From the NCBI GenBank assembly GCA_016870215.1, contig VGCD01000001.1, forward strand, positions 57,838-121,837: 64,000 nt of DNA, in the 5' to 3' direction. Every line of letters starts with the position of its first letter. Position 1 is the stretch's first letter. Below, one piece after another: positions 56,593 to 64,000 of this stretch. This stretch comes from Actinomycetota bacterium. Lineage in GTDB: Bacteria; Actinomycetota; Acidimicrobiia; Acidimicrobiales; Ilumatobacteraceae. Position numbers and translations under genes: made by a program. The notes under the pieces are model-generated. The model was not told the DNA's origin and did no database searches. It saw nothing but the letters and a program-made list of their open reading frames with translations.

Positions 56593-57357
56593 GTGGCAAA
56601 CGGTTCGTCAGCGCAAAAAGTTGCTCGTCTCGCTCGCAAGGGCAAGGGCAAGAAGGTTCGTTTCCAAGGCGGAACATTGTTCCCCACGGTGATGGCCGTC
56701 GTGATTGCCGTCGGCATCGGTCTCATCGCCTACGCGCGTACCGAAGCACCTGACACCGACACGCCACCCACCACCAACGACCACTGGCACGTGTCCTATG
56801 GCATCTACAAGTGCGATGCCTTCCTGCCGAACTTGGTCGGAAATCTCGAATCGCCACCAGATCCGAACTACATCAAGTACGGAGTACACAGCCACGACGA
56901 TGGTGTCATTCACTGGCACCCACAAGCACTTGCAACTGGTCGTCGCGCCAAGATGGGCGTTTTCTTTGACACGTATCAACTGAAGGTAACGAGCGACGGC
57001 ATCGAATTCCCCGAGGATCAAAATGCAGGTGTCGACTACAAGGTCGGCACCGACAAGTGCAAGAACAAAGACGGAAAAGAAGTCGATGCACAAGTGAAGG
57101 TCATCGTTTTTGATCAATACGACGATGCGACGAAGTCGCAGACATACATCACTGGTTTCGAAGACATCCGCGTGAAGAAAGATGGCATGGCAGTCACCAT
57201 CGCTTATGTGGCACCCGGCGTTGACGTGCCCATGCCTGAGTCGGCAAGCAACTTGCCAGAGCTGGGCGCCGCCGACTCTGGTGGCGTGACCACTACTACT
57301 GCCGCAGGCGCAACCTCCACAACCGCCGCAGGCGCAACCACCACAACCGGCGGCTGA
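56593..57357 (+). CDS. membrane-anchored extracytoplasmic protein, hypothetical, with Thr/Ala-rich tail
   Basis: One TM segment (LFPTVMAVVIAVGIGLIAY). His-rich motifs HWHVSYG and GVHSHDDGVIHWHP. Tail TTTTAAGATSTTAAGATTTTGG is encoded by 2 x 24-bp repeats (57301-57348). Confidence 0.55.
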   Translation: MANGSSAQKVARLARKGKGKKVRFQGGTLFPTVMAVVIAVGIGLIAYARTEAPDTDTPPTTNDHWHVSYGIYKCDAFLPNLVGNLESPPDPNYIKYGVHSHDDGVIHWHPQALATGRRAKMGVFFDTYQLKVTSDGIEFPEDQNAGVDYKVGTDKCKNKDGKEVDAQVKVIVFDQYDDATKSQTYITGFEDIRVKKDGMAVTIAYVAPGVDVPMPESASNLPELGAADSGGVTTTTAAGATSTTAAGATTTTGG

Positions 57358-58343
57358 TGCGCGCGGTCGTTCTCGTCGGGGGCTTCGGCACTCGTCTGCG
57401 TCCGCTCACACTTGACATTCCAAAGCCACTGTTGCCAGTGGCAAACGTGAGGCTTCTCGAGCACGTGCTCGCGTCACTCGGGTCAGCCGGGGTCACTGAA
57501 GCAGTGCTTGCGCTCGGGTTCAAGCCCGAGCCCTTTTTCGAAGCATTCCCAGAGGGTGTGTGTGCCGGTGTGAAGTTGATCTATGCGGTGGAACCAGAAC
57601 CGATGGACACTGCCGGTGCAATTGGCTTTGCGGCTCGCTTCGCCGGTGTCGACGACACATTCATCGTGGTGAATGGCGACATCCTCACTGACGTCGATTA
57701 TGCATCGCTTGTTCGCTTTCATCGAGACCGCGGTCTCGAAGGGACCATTCACCTCATTCCCGTCGACGATGTCACGCAGTTCGGCGTGGTTGAAGTCGAT
57801 GATTCTTCATGTGTTACGCGCTTCGTTGAAAAACCGCAGCCGCACGAGACAACGAGTCGTTTCGTGAACGCCGGAACCTACGTGCTCGAGGCATCAGTGC
57901 TCGACCGCATCCCCGTGGGTCAGCCACTGTCGATTGAACGTGTTGTGTTTCCTGCGATGGTTGCAGACGGGCAGCTCGCGGCATTGCCAACCGAGGATTA
58001 CTGGGTCGACACCGGTCGACCAGAGACCTACCTCAAGGCGAATCTCGATCTCATTGATGGGTCACGCTCGTTGATCCTTGCCTCCGTGGCGGCCCAAGCG
58101 CACCTCGATGCGAGTGCAGTGGTGACACACTCCGTGATCGGTGACTCGTGCGATGTCGGTGACGGAGCCATCGTCATCGATTCGGTGTTGCTGCCAGGCG
58201 CACATGTGGGCCCAGGTGCCAAAGTCGAACGTTCGCTCATCATGGGGCGAGTCAACGCCGGTGCTTCGGTTGTCTCGTGTGTCATCGGTAAAGATGGAAT
58301 CGTGGAGGCAGGGGCGACACTCACTGACGTCAAGATTCCATGA
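57357..58343 (+). CDS. sugar-1-phosphate nucleotidyltransferase (mannose-1-phosphate guanylyltransferase-like) with LbH C-terminus
   Basis: MRAVVLVGGFGTRLRPLT signature and C-terminal hexapeptide repeats. Confidence 0.8.
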   Translation: MRAVVLVGGFGTRLRPLTLDIPKPLLPVANVRLLEHVLASLGSAGVTEAVLALGFKPEPFFEAFPEGVCAGVKLIYAVEPEPMDTAGAIGFAARFAGVDDTFIVVNGDILTDVDYASLVRFHRDRGLEGTIHLIPVDDVTQFGVVEVDDSSCVTRFVEKPQPHETTSRFVNAGTYVLEASVLDRIPVGQPLSIERVVFPAMVADGQLAALPTEDYWVDTGRPETYLKANLDLIDGSRSLILASVAAQAHLDASAVVTHSVIGDSCDVGDGAIVIDSVLLPGAHVGPGAKVERSLIMGRVNAGASVVSCVIGKDGIVEAGATLTDVKIP

Positions 58344-59311
58344 AACGCATCATGGTCTGTGGCGGAGCCGGTTTCCTCGGTTCTCACTTCGTTGATCGTC
58401 TGCTTGCTTCAGGACACATCGTCGAAGTTCTCGATGACTTGCGTTCTGGTTCGCTCATCAATGTTGCTGCTGCACGGCGTTCTGGAGGTCAATTCAAGTT
58501 CCAGAACATCGACATCACCGACGCATCATTTGGTGAGTTAGTGATGCTCAGGTGTCCTGACATCATCGTCAACCTCACATCGTTCACTCCGTCATCGAGT
58601 GAAACCGCAGGCGCCTTGGCGAGTGTCGCGTCTGCAGTATCTGTGCTGGAAGCGGCACGTCTTGCGGACGTGCAAAAAGTCGTCACAGTGTTGCCGGCAA
58701 CTTTGTTGTACGGAGAAGTTGCCACTCGTGACGTTCCTATCAAAGAAGGTCACCTGTCCGAACCGCGCACAGTGGCCGAAGTGTTGGCTCGGTCTGTAGC
58801 AGACATGCACACGGTGTATCGCGATCGACATGCCGTCGAGTTCACGGTGTTGGCGGTCGGCGCGGTGTACGGTCCGCGACAACGACCAGAAGATTCAGTC
58901 GTAGCGTCGTTCATTCAGGCGCACCATGGGTCTCGTGCTCCAATTGTGCACGGTGGTGGCAAACAGACGCGCGATTTCATTTATGTCGATGATGTCGTTG
59001 ATGCAATGGTGCGCGCCGTTGATCGGGCCGGTGGTCTGGTGGTCAACGTTGGTTCGGGTCGACAAGTGGCGATTACAGATTTGTGGAACGCGGTCGCCGG
59101 ACGAAGCGCGCCCGCACCTCGTGTCAGTGCGGCTCGACCTCACGATGTGACGCGGTCTGCGTTGTCCCCGGTGCGTGCACGTATTCAGCTCGGTTGGTCA
59201 CCATTCACTGATCTTGAAGATGGTCTCGCAGAAACTCTCCGGGCCCACGCGGCTCGCCAGAGCGATGATGTCGCGCAAGACAGTGCTGAAGTCGCAGACG
59301 ACTCGGTGTAA
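58340..59311 (+). CDS. NAD-dependent epimerase/dehydratase (SDR extended family)
   Basis: IMVCGGAGFLGSH Rossmann motif. Confidence 0.8.
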   Translation: MKRIMVCGGAGFLGSHFVDRLLASGHIVEVLDDLRSGSLINVAAARRSGGQFKFQNIDITDASFGELVMLRCPDIIVNLTSFTPSSSETAGALASVASAVSVLEAARLADVQKVVTVLPATLLYGEVATRDVPIKEGHLSEPRTVAEVLARSVADMHTVYRDRHAVEFTVLAVGAVYGPRQRPEDSVVASFIQAHHGSRAPIVHGGGKQTRDFIYVDDVVDAMVRAVDRAGGLVVNVGSGRQVAITDLWNAVAGRSAPAPRVSAARPHDVTRSALSPVRARIQLGWSPFTDLEDGLAETLRAHAARQSDDVAQDSAEVADDSV

Positions 59312-59326
59312 CTGACACATCCGCGG

Positions 59327-60040
59327 TCAGCGGAAGAGGTCTTCGCTTGCGGGCCGAACGATCTCGTTGATTGATGCATCGCGAAACCATTCCGCATCGG
59401 CACCACGTACTACCGCCACAGGTACGCCATTGCTTTTTCCCATCACAAGCTCAGCGGCGCTCGCCAACTCATCCGCAACGGCAACTTCCGTGACTTGCAT
59501 GATGCGACCCAAGGCATCGGCGGTGCCGCGTAGATCGACGACCGCGGCGATGCCGGCAACTCCGATCGCCACGTCGGTGAGACCGCGTCGCCATGGTCGA
59601 CCGAATGTGTCGCTCACGATGACGCCAACATCGACACCGAGACGTGCTCGCACGATGTCACGGATACGGCGTGCCGAACGATCGCTGTCGAGTGGCAACA
59701 GAGCCGCTTGGCCGCGTTCCACATTGGACAAGTCGACACCGCTGTTTGCACACACGAATCCATGGCTGGTCTCGGTGATGATGAGATCCCCGCGACGCCG
59801 CACGATGCGCACTGCTTCAGCCTCGACGATTGCTTTGTGTGACAAAGGGTCGTCTGGGTCCACGTCGACCAAGCGTCCTTCGGCCTTCGACACCACTTTT
59901 TGTGTGACCACGAGGACGTCGTGGTTCTGAAGTGGCCCATTCGGCGGCTCGGCACATGCAGTTGCGATGACATCGCCCAATTGCATACCGGGAGAGATCT
60001 CACCGATTCCTGTGACACCCCAAGCTGTCAGACGTTGCAC
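59327..60040 (-). CDS. cofE: coenzyme F420-0:L-glutamate ligase, stand-alone CofE (no FbiB C-terminal domain)
   Basis: VLVVTQKVVSKAEGR, GFVCANSGVD and SDTFGRPWR. Only 237 aa. Confidence 0.8.
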   Translation of the reverse strand: MQRLTAWGVTGIGEISPGMQLGDVIATACAEPPNGPLQNHDVLVVTQKVVSKAEGRLVDVDPDDPLSHKAIVEAEAVRIVRRRGDLIITETSHGFVCANSGVDLSNVERGQAALLPLDSDRSARRIRDIVRARLGVDVGVIVSDTFGRPWRRGLTDVAIGVAGIAAVVDLRGTADALGRIMQVTEVAVADELASAAELVMGKSNGVPVAVVRGADAEWFRDASINEIVRPASEDLFR

Positions 60041-60052
60041 GTGGACATCCTG

Positions 60053-61009
60053 TCAGGCGAGCGTCAGTGTGGCGAGGTCGCGCGCGACGCCAGGGTCGGA
60101 CATGATGGTGTTTGTCACCACGCAACGCATTCCTTCGGCTTCGACAAGTGATGCGAGGTGGGCATCTTGAGTGTCAATGACGAGAGTCCCACACACGTCG
60201 GCATACAAACGAGCGACGCCGACAACGGAAGGTTCCATTCCAAGCTCGCGCAGCATGCGGTCTGCTGGGCCTTTCAGAGCAGCGCCAGCCACGATGGGGG
60301 AGACTGCAACCACGTCGTCACGACGGGCACGAAGTAGGTCATCGACACCTGAAAGTGCGCGAAGAGGACCAATCGACACAATCGGATTTGAAGGCGCGAT
60401 GATGATGCGCTCGGCGTCGTGAAGACCTGCCGCAGAGTTGAAGACCGCAGTCTGGGCTCCTTCGAAAGTCACCGATGCGACCGGAATCGAATGTCGATGT
60501 GCGACGAAGTACTCCTGAAATGAAATCGTCTTACCCGACACCGGTGAGTCACATTGTGCGATGTTCACGAGTGTGCGCACTTTGTCATTCGTCATGGGCA
60601 CGACTCGCACGCTCACGTCGAACGAGCGACGTATCTCGTCTGTCAACTCTGTCAACGTGGCACCTTCTTGCAACCGCGCGGTGCGATAGAAGTGCGTAGC
60701 TAGGTCTTGATCACCGAGGTTGAACCATGTCGGTGCAGCACGTGATGAAGTAGGTCGTACATGGGTAAATCGTTCGAGCGACGCCATTGCCCGCCATGTT
60801 TCGTCGCGCAATCCCCATCCGCGTTCAGGGTCGATTGCTTCAGCGAGGGTGTAGATGACGGTGTCGATGTCAGGGGAGATTGATAAACCGTGAAGCTCGG
60901 TGTCATCGCCGGTGTTCACGACGGCGACCACACGCTGTGGGTCGATGGCAAGGCACAATCCACGAAGGAATCGAGCCGCCCCAACACCACCTGCGAGCAC
61001 CGAAATCAT
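60053..61009 (-). CDS. cofD: 2-phospho-L-lactate transferase (CofD/FbiA)
   Basis: [20 protein letters not shown] and [13 protein letters not shown] lies 6 nt after TAGCCT. Confidence 0.85.
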   Translation of the reverse strand: MISVLAGGVGAARFLRGLCLAIDPQRVVAVVNTGDDTELHGLSISPDIDTVIYTLAEAIDPERGWGLRDETWRAMASLERFTHVRPTSSRAAPTWFNLGDQDLATHFYRTARLQEGATLTELTDEIRRSFDVSVRVVPMTNDKVRTLVNIAQCDSPVSGKTISFQEYFVAHRHSIPVASVTFEGAQTAVFNSAAGLHDAERIIIAPSNPIVSIGPLRALSGVDDLLRARRDDVVAVSPIVAGAALKGPADRMLRELGMEPSVVGVARLYADVCGTLVIDTQDAHLASLVEAEGMRCVVTNTIMSDPGVARDLATLTLA

Positions 61010-61089
61010 GTGCGCAGGCTAGGCGGTGGTACCTTCTCTGGGTCCGCTCTCGCGTTTCCATCGCTGTCAGTTACAGAGAAAGAACCCAC

Positions 61090-62076
61090 ATGCCGAAGGC
61101 CTTCATCACCGGAATAACGGGGCAAGATGGCCAACACTTGGCCGAGTTCCTGCACAGCAAGGGCTACCAGGTGTACGGCATGTTGAAGGGCCAGAACAAC
61201 CCGCGAGCCATTCAGTTCCGCGATGAGTTCCCATACGTGGAACTGGTGCCTGGTGACTTGGCCGACCTGCCGAGTTTGGTGAGCGCGCTCGACCAGGTGC
61301 AACCCGACGAGGTGTACAACCTTGGCGCCATTTCATTCGTTGCTATTTCTTTCAATCAGGCTGAGTTGACCTCGAACATCACGGGTCTTGGTGTGTTGCG
61401 CATGCTGGAAGCAGTGCGCATGGTTGGAGGAACTCAGAACAACCCGATTCGTTTCTACCAAGCATCATCATCTGAGATGTTCGGACAGGTGCGCGAAATA
61501 CCGCAGACCGAACTCACGCCGTTCCATCCGCGCTCGCCATACGGTTGCGCCAAAGTCTTTGGCCACAACATCACGGTGAACTATCGCGAGAGCTACGGCA
61601 TTTACGCCTGCTCTGGCATCTTGTTCAACCATGAGGGGCCACGTCGTGGTCTCGAATTCGTCACTCGCAAAATCACCAATACCGCTGCGCGCATCAAACT
61701 CGGCATCGACAAAGAGTTGGTGATGGGAAATCTCGACGCGAAGCGTGACTGGGGCTACGCCGGTGACTACGTGCGGGCGATGTGGTTGATGTTGCAGCAA
61801 GACCAACCAGATGACTACGTGGTGGCAACAGGTGAGACGCATTCGATTGAAGAGTTCCTCACGCTTGCCTTCGAAGAAGTCGGCCTAGGTGACTGGCGGA
61901 ACTATGTGCGTCAAGATCCGAAGTTTTTCCGGCCAGCAGAAGTTGACCTGCTCATCGGTGACCCGACGAAAGCACAGCAGAAACTTGGCTGGAACCGCGA
62001 AGTTGATTTCGCTGGTCTCGTCAAGATGATGGTGCGCCACGACCTCGACTACGAAGCTGGTCGCGCAAAGCGCTGA
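61090..62076 (+). CDS. gmd: GDP-mannose 4,6-dehydratase
   Basis: [37 protein letters not shown] and [14 protein letters not shown] 61090; the ORF-track start is 60880. Confidence 0.9.
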   Translation: MPKAFITGITGQDGQHLAEFLHSKGYQVYGMLKGQNNPRAIQFRDEFPYVELVPGDLADLPSLVSALDQVQPDEVYNLGAISFVAISFNQAELTSNITGLGVLRMLEAVRMVGGTQNNPIRFYQASSSEMFGQVREIPQTELTPFHPRSPYGCAKVFGHNITVNYRESYGIYACSGILFNHEGPRRGLEFVTRKITNTAARIKLGIDKELVMGNLDAKRDWGYAGDYVRAMWLMLQQDQPDDYVVATGETHSIEEFLTLAFEEVGLGDWRNYVRQDPKFFRPAEVDLLIGDPTKAQQKLGWNREVDFAGLVKMMVRHDLDYEAGRAKR

Positions 62077-62104
62077 TCGACATCCAGCCGCGAGACATTC
62101 TGAA

Positions 62105-63463
62105 TCAGGCTTCGAGCGGGTTGTCCAGAATGCCGTCGATCATCGATTCGGCATCAGGTGTTGCTCCGGCGGCCACTCGCTGACGCAGGCCGAGCGCGAA
62201 CACGATGAGCGCTGCTGTCGACGCTGTAACAAGTCCCAGCTCCACTCGCAGGTACAAGTCATCTGAGCTGTAGGCCGTGACCAACAGGAAAGTTGCCATG
62301 CCAGCTGCCCATCCGTACGTGACGAAGGAGTGACCTTGCAACGCGATGACGGCTTGTGATGTGGCGAGCGCAATCATGTACAGACCACTGGCAAGCGCAA
62401 GCAATGTGAGTGTGCGTCGATCAAGTCCGCCGTCATAGACATAATCAAGAACGGGCGGGCCGACAAGAAAAGATCCGACAGTGCCGACAACTGCGACACC
62501 GACCACCACGACCATGAGATGGCGAAAACCGGTGCGGAATTCTCCGAGGTCTCCTTTTGCGGCAAGTCGTGCAAGTCGCGGCAAGAGCGCTGCTTGCACC
62601 GCTTGAAACAAGAACAAAGGCACTCGCGACAAGAGCACGCCGTTGCCGAATGCGGTCACCTTTGCCGCCTCATCTGCGCTTGCCAAAATGTCGATGCCAA
62701 GTGGTCCAGCGTTCACAAGAGCTGCAGCGAGTATCGAACCACCGAGTAGCCAACCAAGATTTGGCGTGATCTCAGAGAACTCTGCCGGAGGTCCGTCGTC
62801 AGTATGCAAGCTGCCCATTGAGAGCACCACCACGATGCCCACGAGTGGTGCCAGCACGACTACCAATGCATACGCACCGATCACATCGACACCGGCGAGC
62901 CACAAGATGATGCAGCCTGCGGTGCGCGTGATGCCGTCGAGGCCCATCAGCAATCCGTACGGAGGGAAGCGTCCCGATCCAGAGCAAATACCGCGCGCCA
63001 GGTGGAACGGCGCATAAGACATGAACGCGAACACCAGTGCCAAGGTGACGAGGCCGTAGCCCTCGAACAGATCATTCGTGATCCAGCCCGATGCGGCGAT
63101 GACCACGATCATGAGGAACGCCATCATGCCGAGCATGAGGGGCAACACTTTTTGCACGACCGGCCGTCCGCCCTGGTTGAGTGCGCGACGGTGGGCGAGC
63201 GCGCGACCAACTTCTTGTTCAACTGGCATGAAGAAGCCAGGTACCAGCGCGAACGTGGTGAACCAGAGTGCAACGATCGGCTTGAAGTCTTCTTTCCCGA
63301 GAGCTTGCTGTCCGACTTTGAAAAACGCGTAACTTGCAACGCCGGAGATGACGAGCCCGATGGCTACCGGAATGGTCCCTTCGGGAAGGGGAATACGGGG
63401 CGAGTCTGACACTTGTCCGTCGGCGGAATCGCCTGCGGAGCTCAGACGTTGCTCGTTTGTCAC
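62105..63463 (-). CDS. polysaccharide/oligosaccharide flippase (Wzx/MOP superfamily)
   Basis: 452 aa with about 12-14 TM segments, adjacent to the glycan genes. GTG lies 7 nt after TAGCCT. Confidence 0.65.
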   Translation of the reverse strand: MTNEQRLSSAGDSADGQVSDSPRIPLPEGTIPVAIGLVISGVASYAFFKVGQQALGKEDFKPIVALWFTTFALVPGFFMPVEQEVGRALAHRRALNQGGRPVVQKVLPLMLGMMAFLMIVVIAASGWITNDLFEGYGLVTLALVFAFMSYAPFHLARGICSGSGRFPPYGLLMGLDGITRTAGCIILWLAGVDVIGAYALVVVLAPLVGIVVVLSMGSLHTDDGPPAEFSEITPNLGWLLGGSILAAALVNAGPLGIDILASADEAAKVTAFGNGVLLSRVPLFLFQAVQAALLPRLARLAAKGDLGEFRTGFRHLMVVVVGVAVVGTVGSFLVGPPVLDYVYDGGLDRRTLTLLALASGLYMIALATSQAVIALQGHSFVTYGWAAGMATFLLVTAYSSDDLYLRVELGLVTASTAALIVFALGLRQRVAAGATPDAESMIDGILDNPLEA

Positions 63464-63542
63464 CTGAGCGAGGCTAGTGGGGCATGTAGGTGACGTTTGT
63501 GTTACCTACGAAGACTGAAGCGGCGTATGTGACGCCGTACGG

Positions 63543-63906
63543 TCACTTTGCCGTATTGAAACGATCCTTGACGGTTTGCTTCAGCGTTGAAGCGATGCTC
63601 TCAGTGACTTCGCGGCGGCGAACTTGTGCCTTCTGGAATGTCAAAACACCAAAACCAACAGCGGTGTAGCCGGCATCTTTTGCTCGTTGTACGACGGGGG
63701 CAGAAGCGAGCTTGGCGACATCCACATTCGGTAGGGGCAAGTTTGCGACGTTCAGTTTTGCAACGGTCTGCTTCGACGCGTCAATCAACTTCGGAACCGG
63801 AATCAACTTGGCCACATCCAGTTTCGTGACATCGAATGCAGTGAGGTCAATGGAATGAATAGAGGGGAGGGACTTGGGAAGCTTGGGGAGGGCGGGAATC
63901 TTCATG
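63543..63906 (-). CDS. hypothetical protein with (D)VAKL-type short repeats
   Basis: ATG 63906 (MKIPALPK) lies 6 nt after TATTTT. The ORF-track start is 63953. Confidence 0.45.
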
Positions 63907-63912
63907 CACACA

Positions 63913-63941
63913 AAATACCCCGATATGCAAACTTTTGCAAG
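63913..63941 (-). promoter_or_regulatory. near-consensus promoter, leaderless
   Basis: TTGCAA (63941-63936), 17 nt, TATTTT (63918-63913), 6 nt, ATG 63906. Confidence 0.5.
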
Positions 63942-64000
63942 CACAGACCTCACAATGTGGTGGGTGACGGGTTTGTGCAGTCGGAAGGGGCCCCTTGGGG

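Overview
Densely coding, high-GC chromosomal segment with about 75 protein genes and one tRNA-Leu. I saw no rRNA, CRISPR array, transposase, integrase or phage genes. The gene set points to Actinomycetota, possibly an Acidimicrobiia-like lineage: a WhiB-type regulator, PafB/PafC WYL regulators, F420 genes (cofC/fbiD, cofD/fbiA, cofE), the ribosomal micro-protein bL37, PIN-PhoH2, an ImuA'-ImuB-DnaE2 mutasome and GAAC-N4-GTTC LexA boxes. Gene content, left to right: (1) hrpB (partial) and an acyl-CoA module (CitE-like lyase, malyl-CoA lyase, long acyl-CoA dehydrogenase, MaoC hydratase). (2) mutY, assorted hydrolases and redox proteins, an HxlR regulator and a secreted DUF1524 nuclease. (3) bL37, an Fe-S PD-(D/E)XK nuclease, tRNA-Leu(UAA), two amidohydrolases and an M20 peptidase. 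(4) argG, an L,D-transpeptidase, ppx, bioY and pgi. (5) pafBC, a DEDDh exonuclease, whiB and phoH2. (6) HU plus a separate Lys/Ala-repeat protein, cofC, gpsA and a frameshifted rnhB. (7) A CarH-like B12 regulator, then imuA'-imuB-NUDIX-dnaE2. (8) A rhomboid protease and a GDP-fucose/glycosyltransferase cluster interleaved with cofD-cofE. This looks like core genome, not an accessory island, and I found no convincing new multi-gene defence-type system. The observations most worth follow-up: a leaderless proline-rich uORF with an embedded terminator-like hairpin fused by ATGA to whiB; an HU gene split in-frame from its histone-H1-like tail, which carries three perfect 45-bp repeats; identical 18-nt LexA operators in front of imuA' and dnaE2, with a NUDIX gene inside the cassette; a TAnnnT-N6/7-start geometry at about 28 gene starts, which corrects many ORF-track starts; a stand-alone CofE lacking the FbiB reductase domain; and a CarH-type B12 regulator. 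All functional calls rest on motif and pattern recognition from memory. No searches were run.
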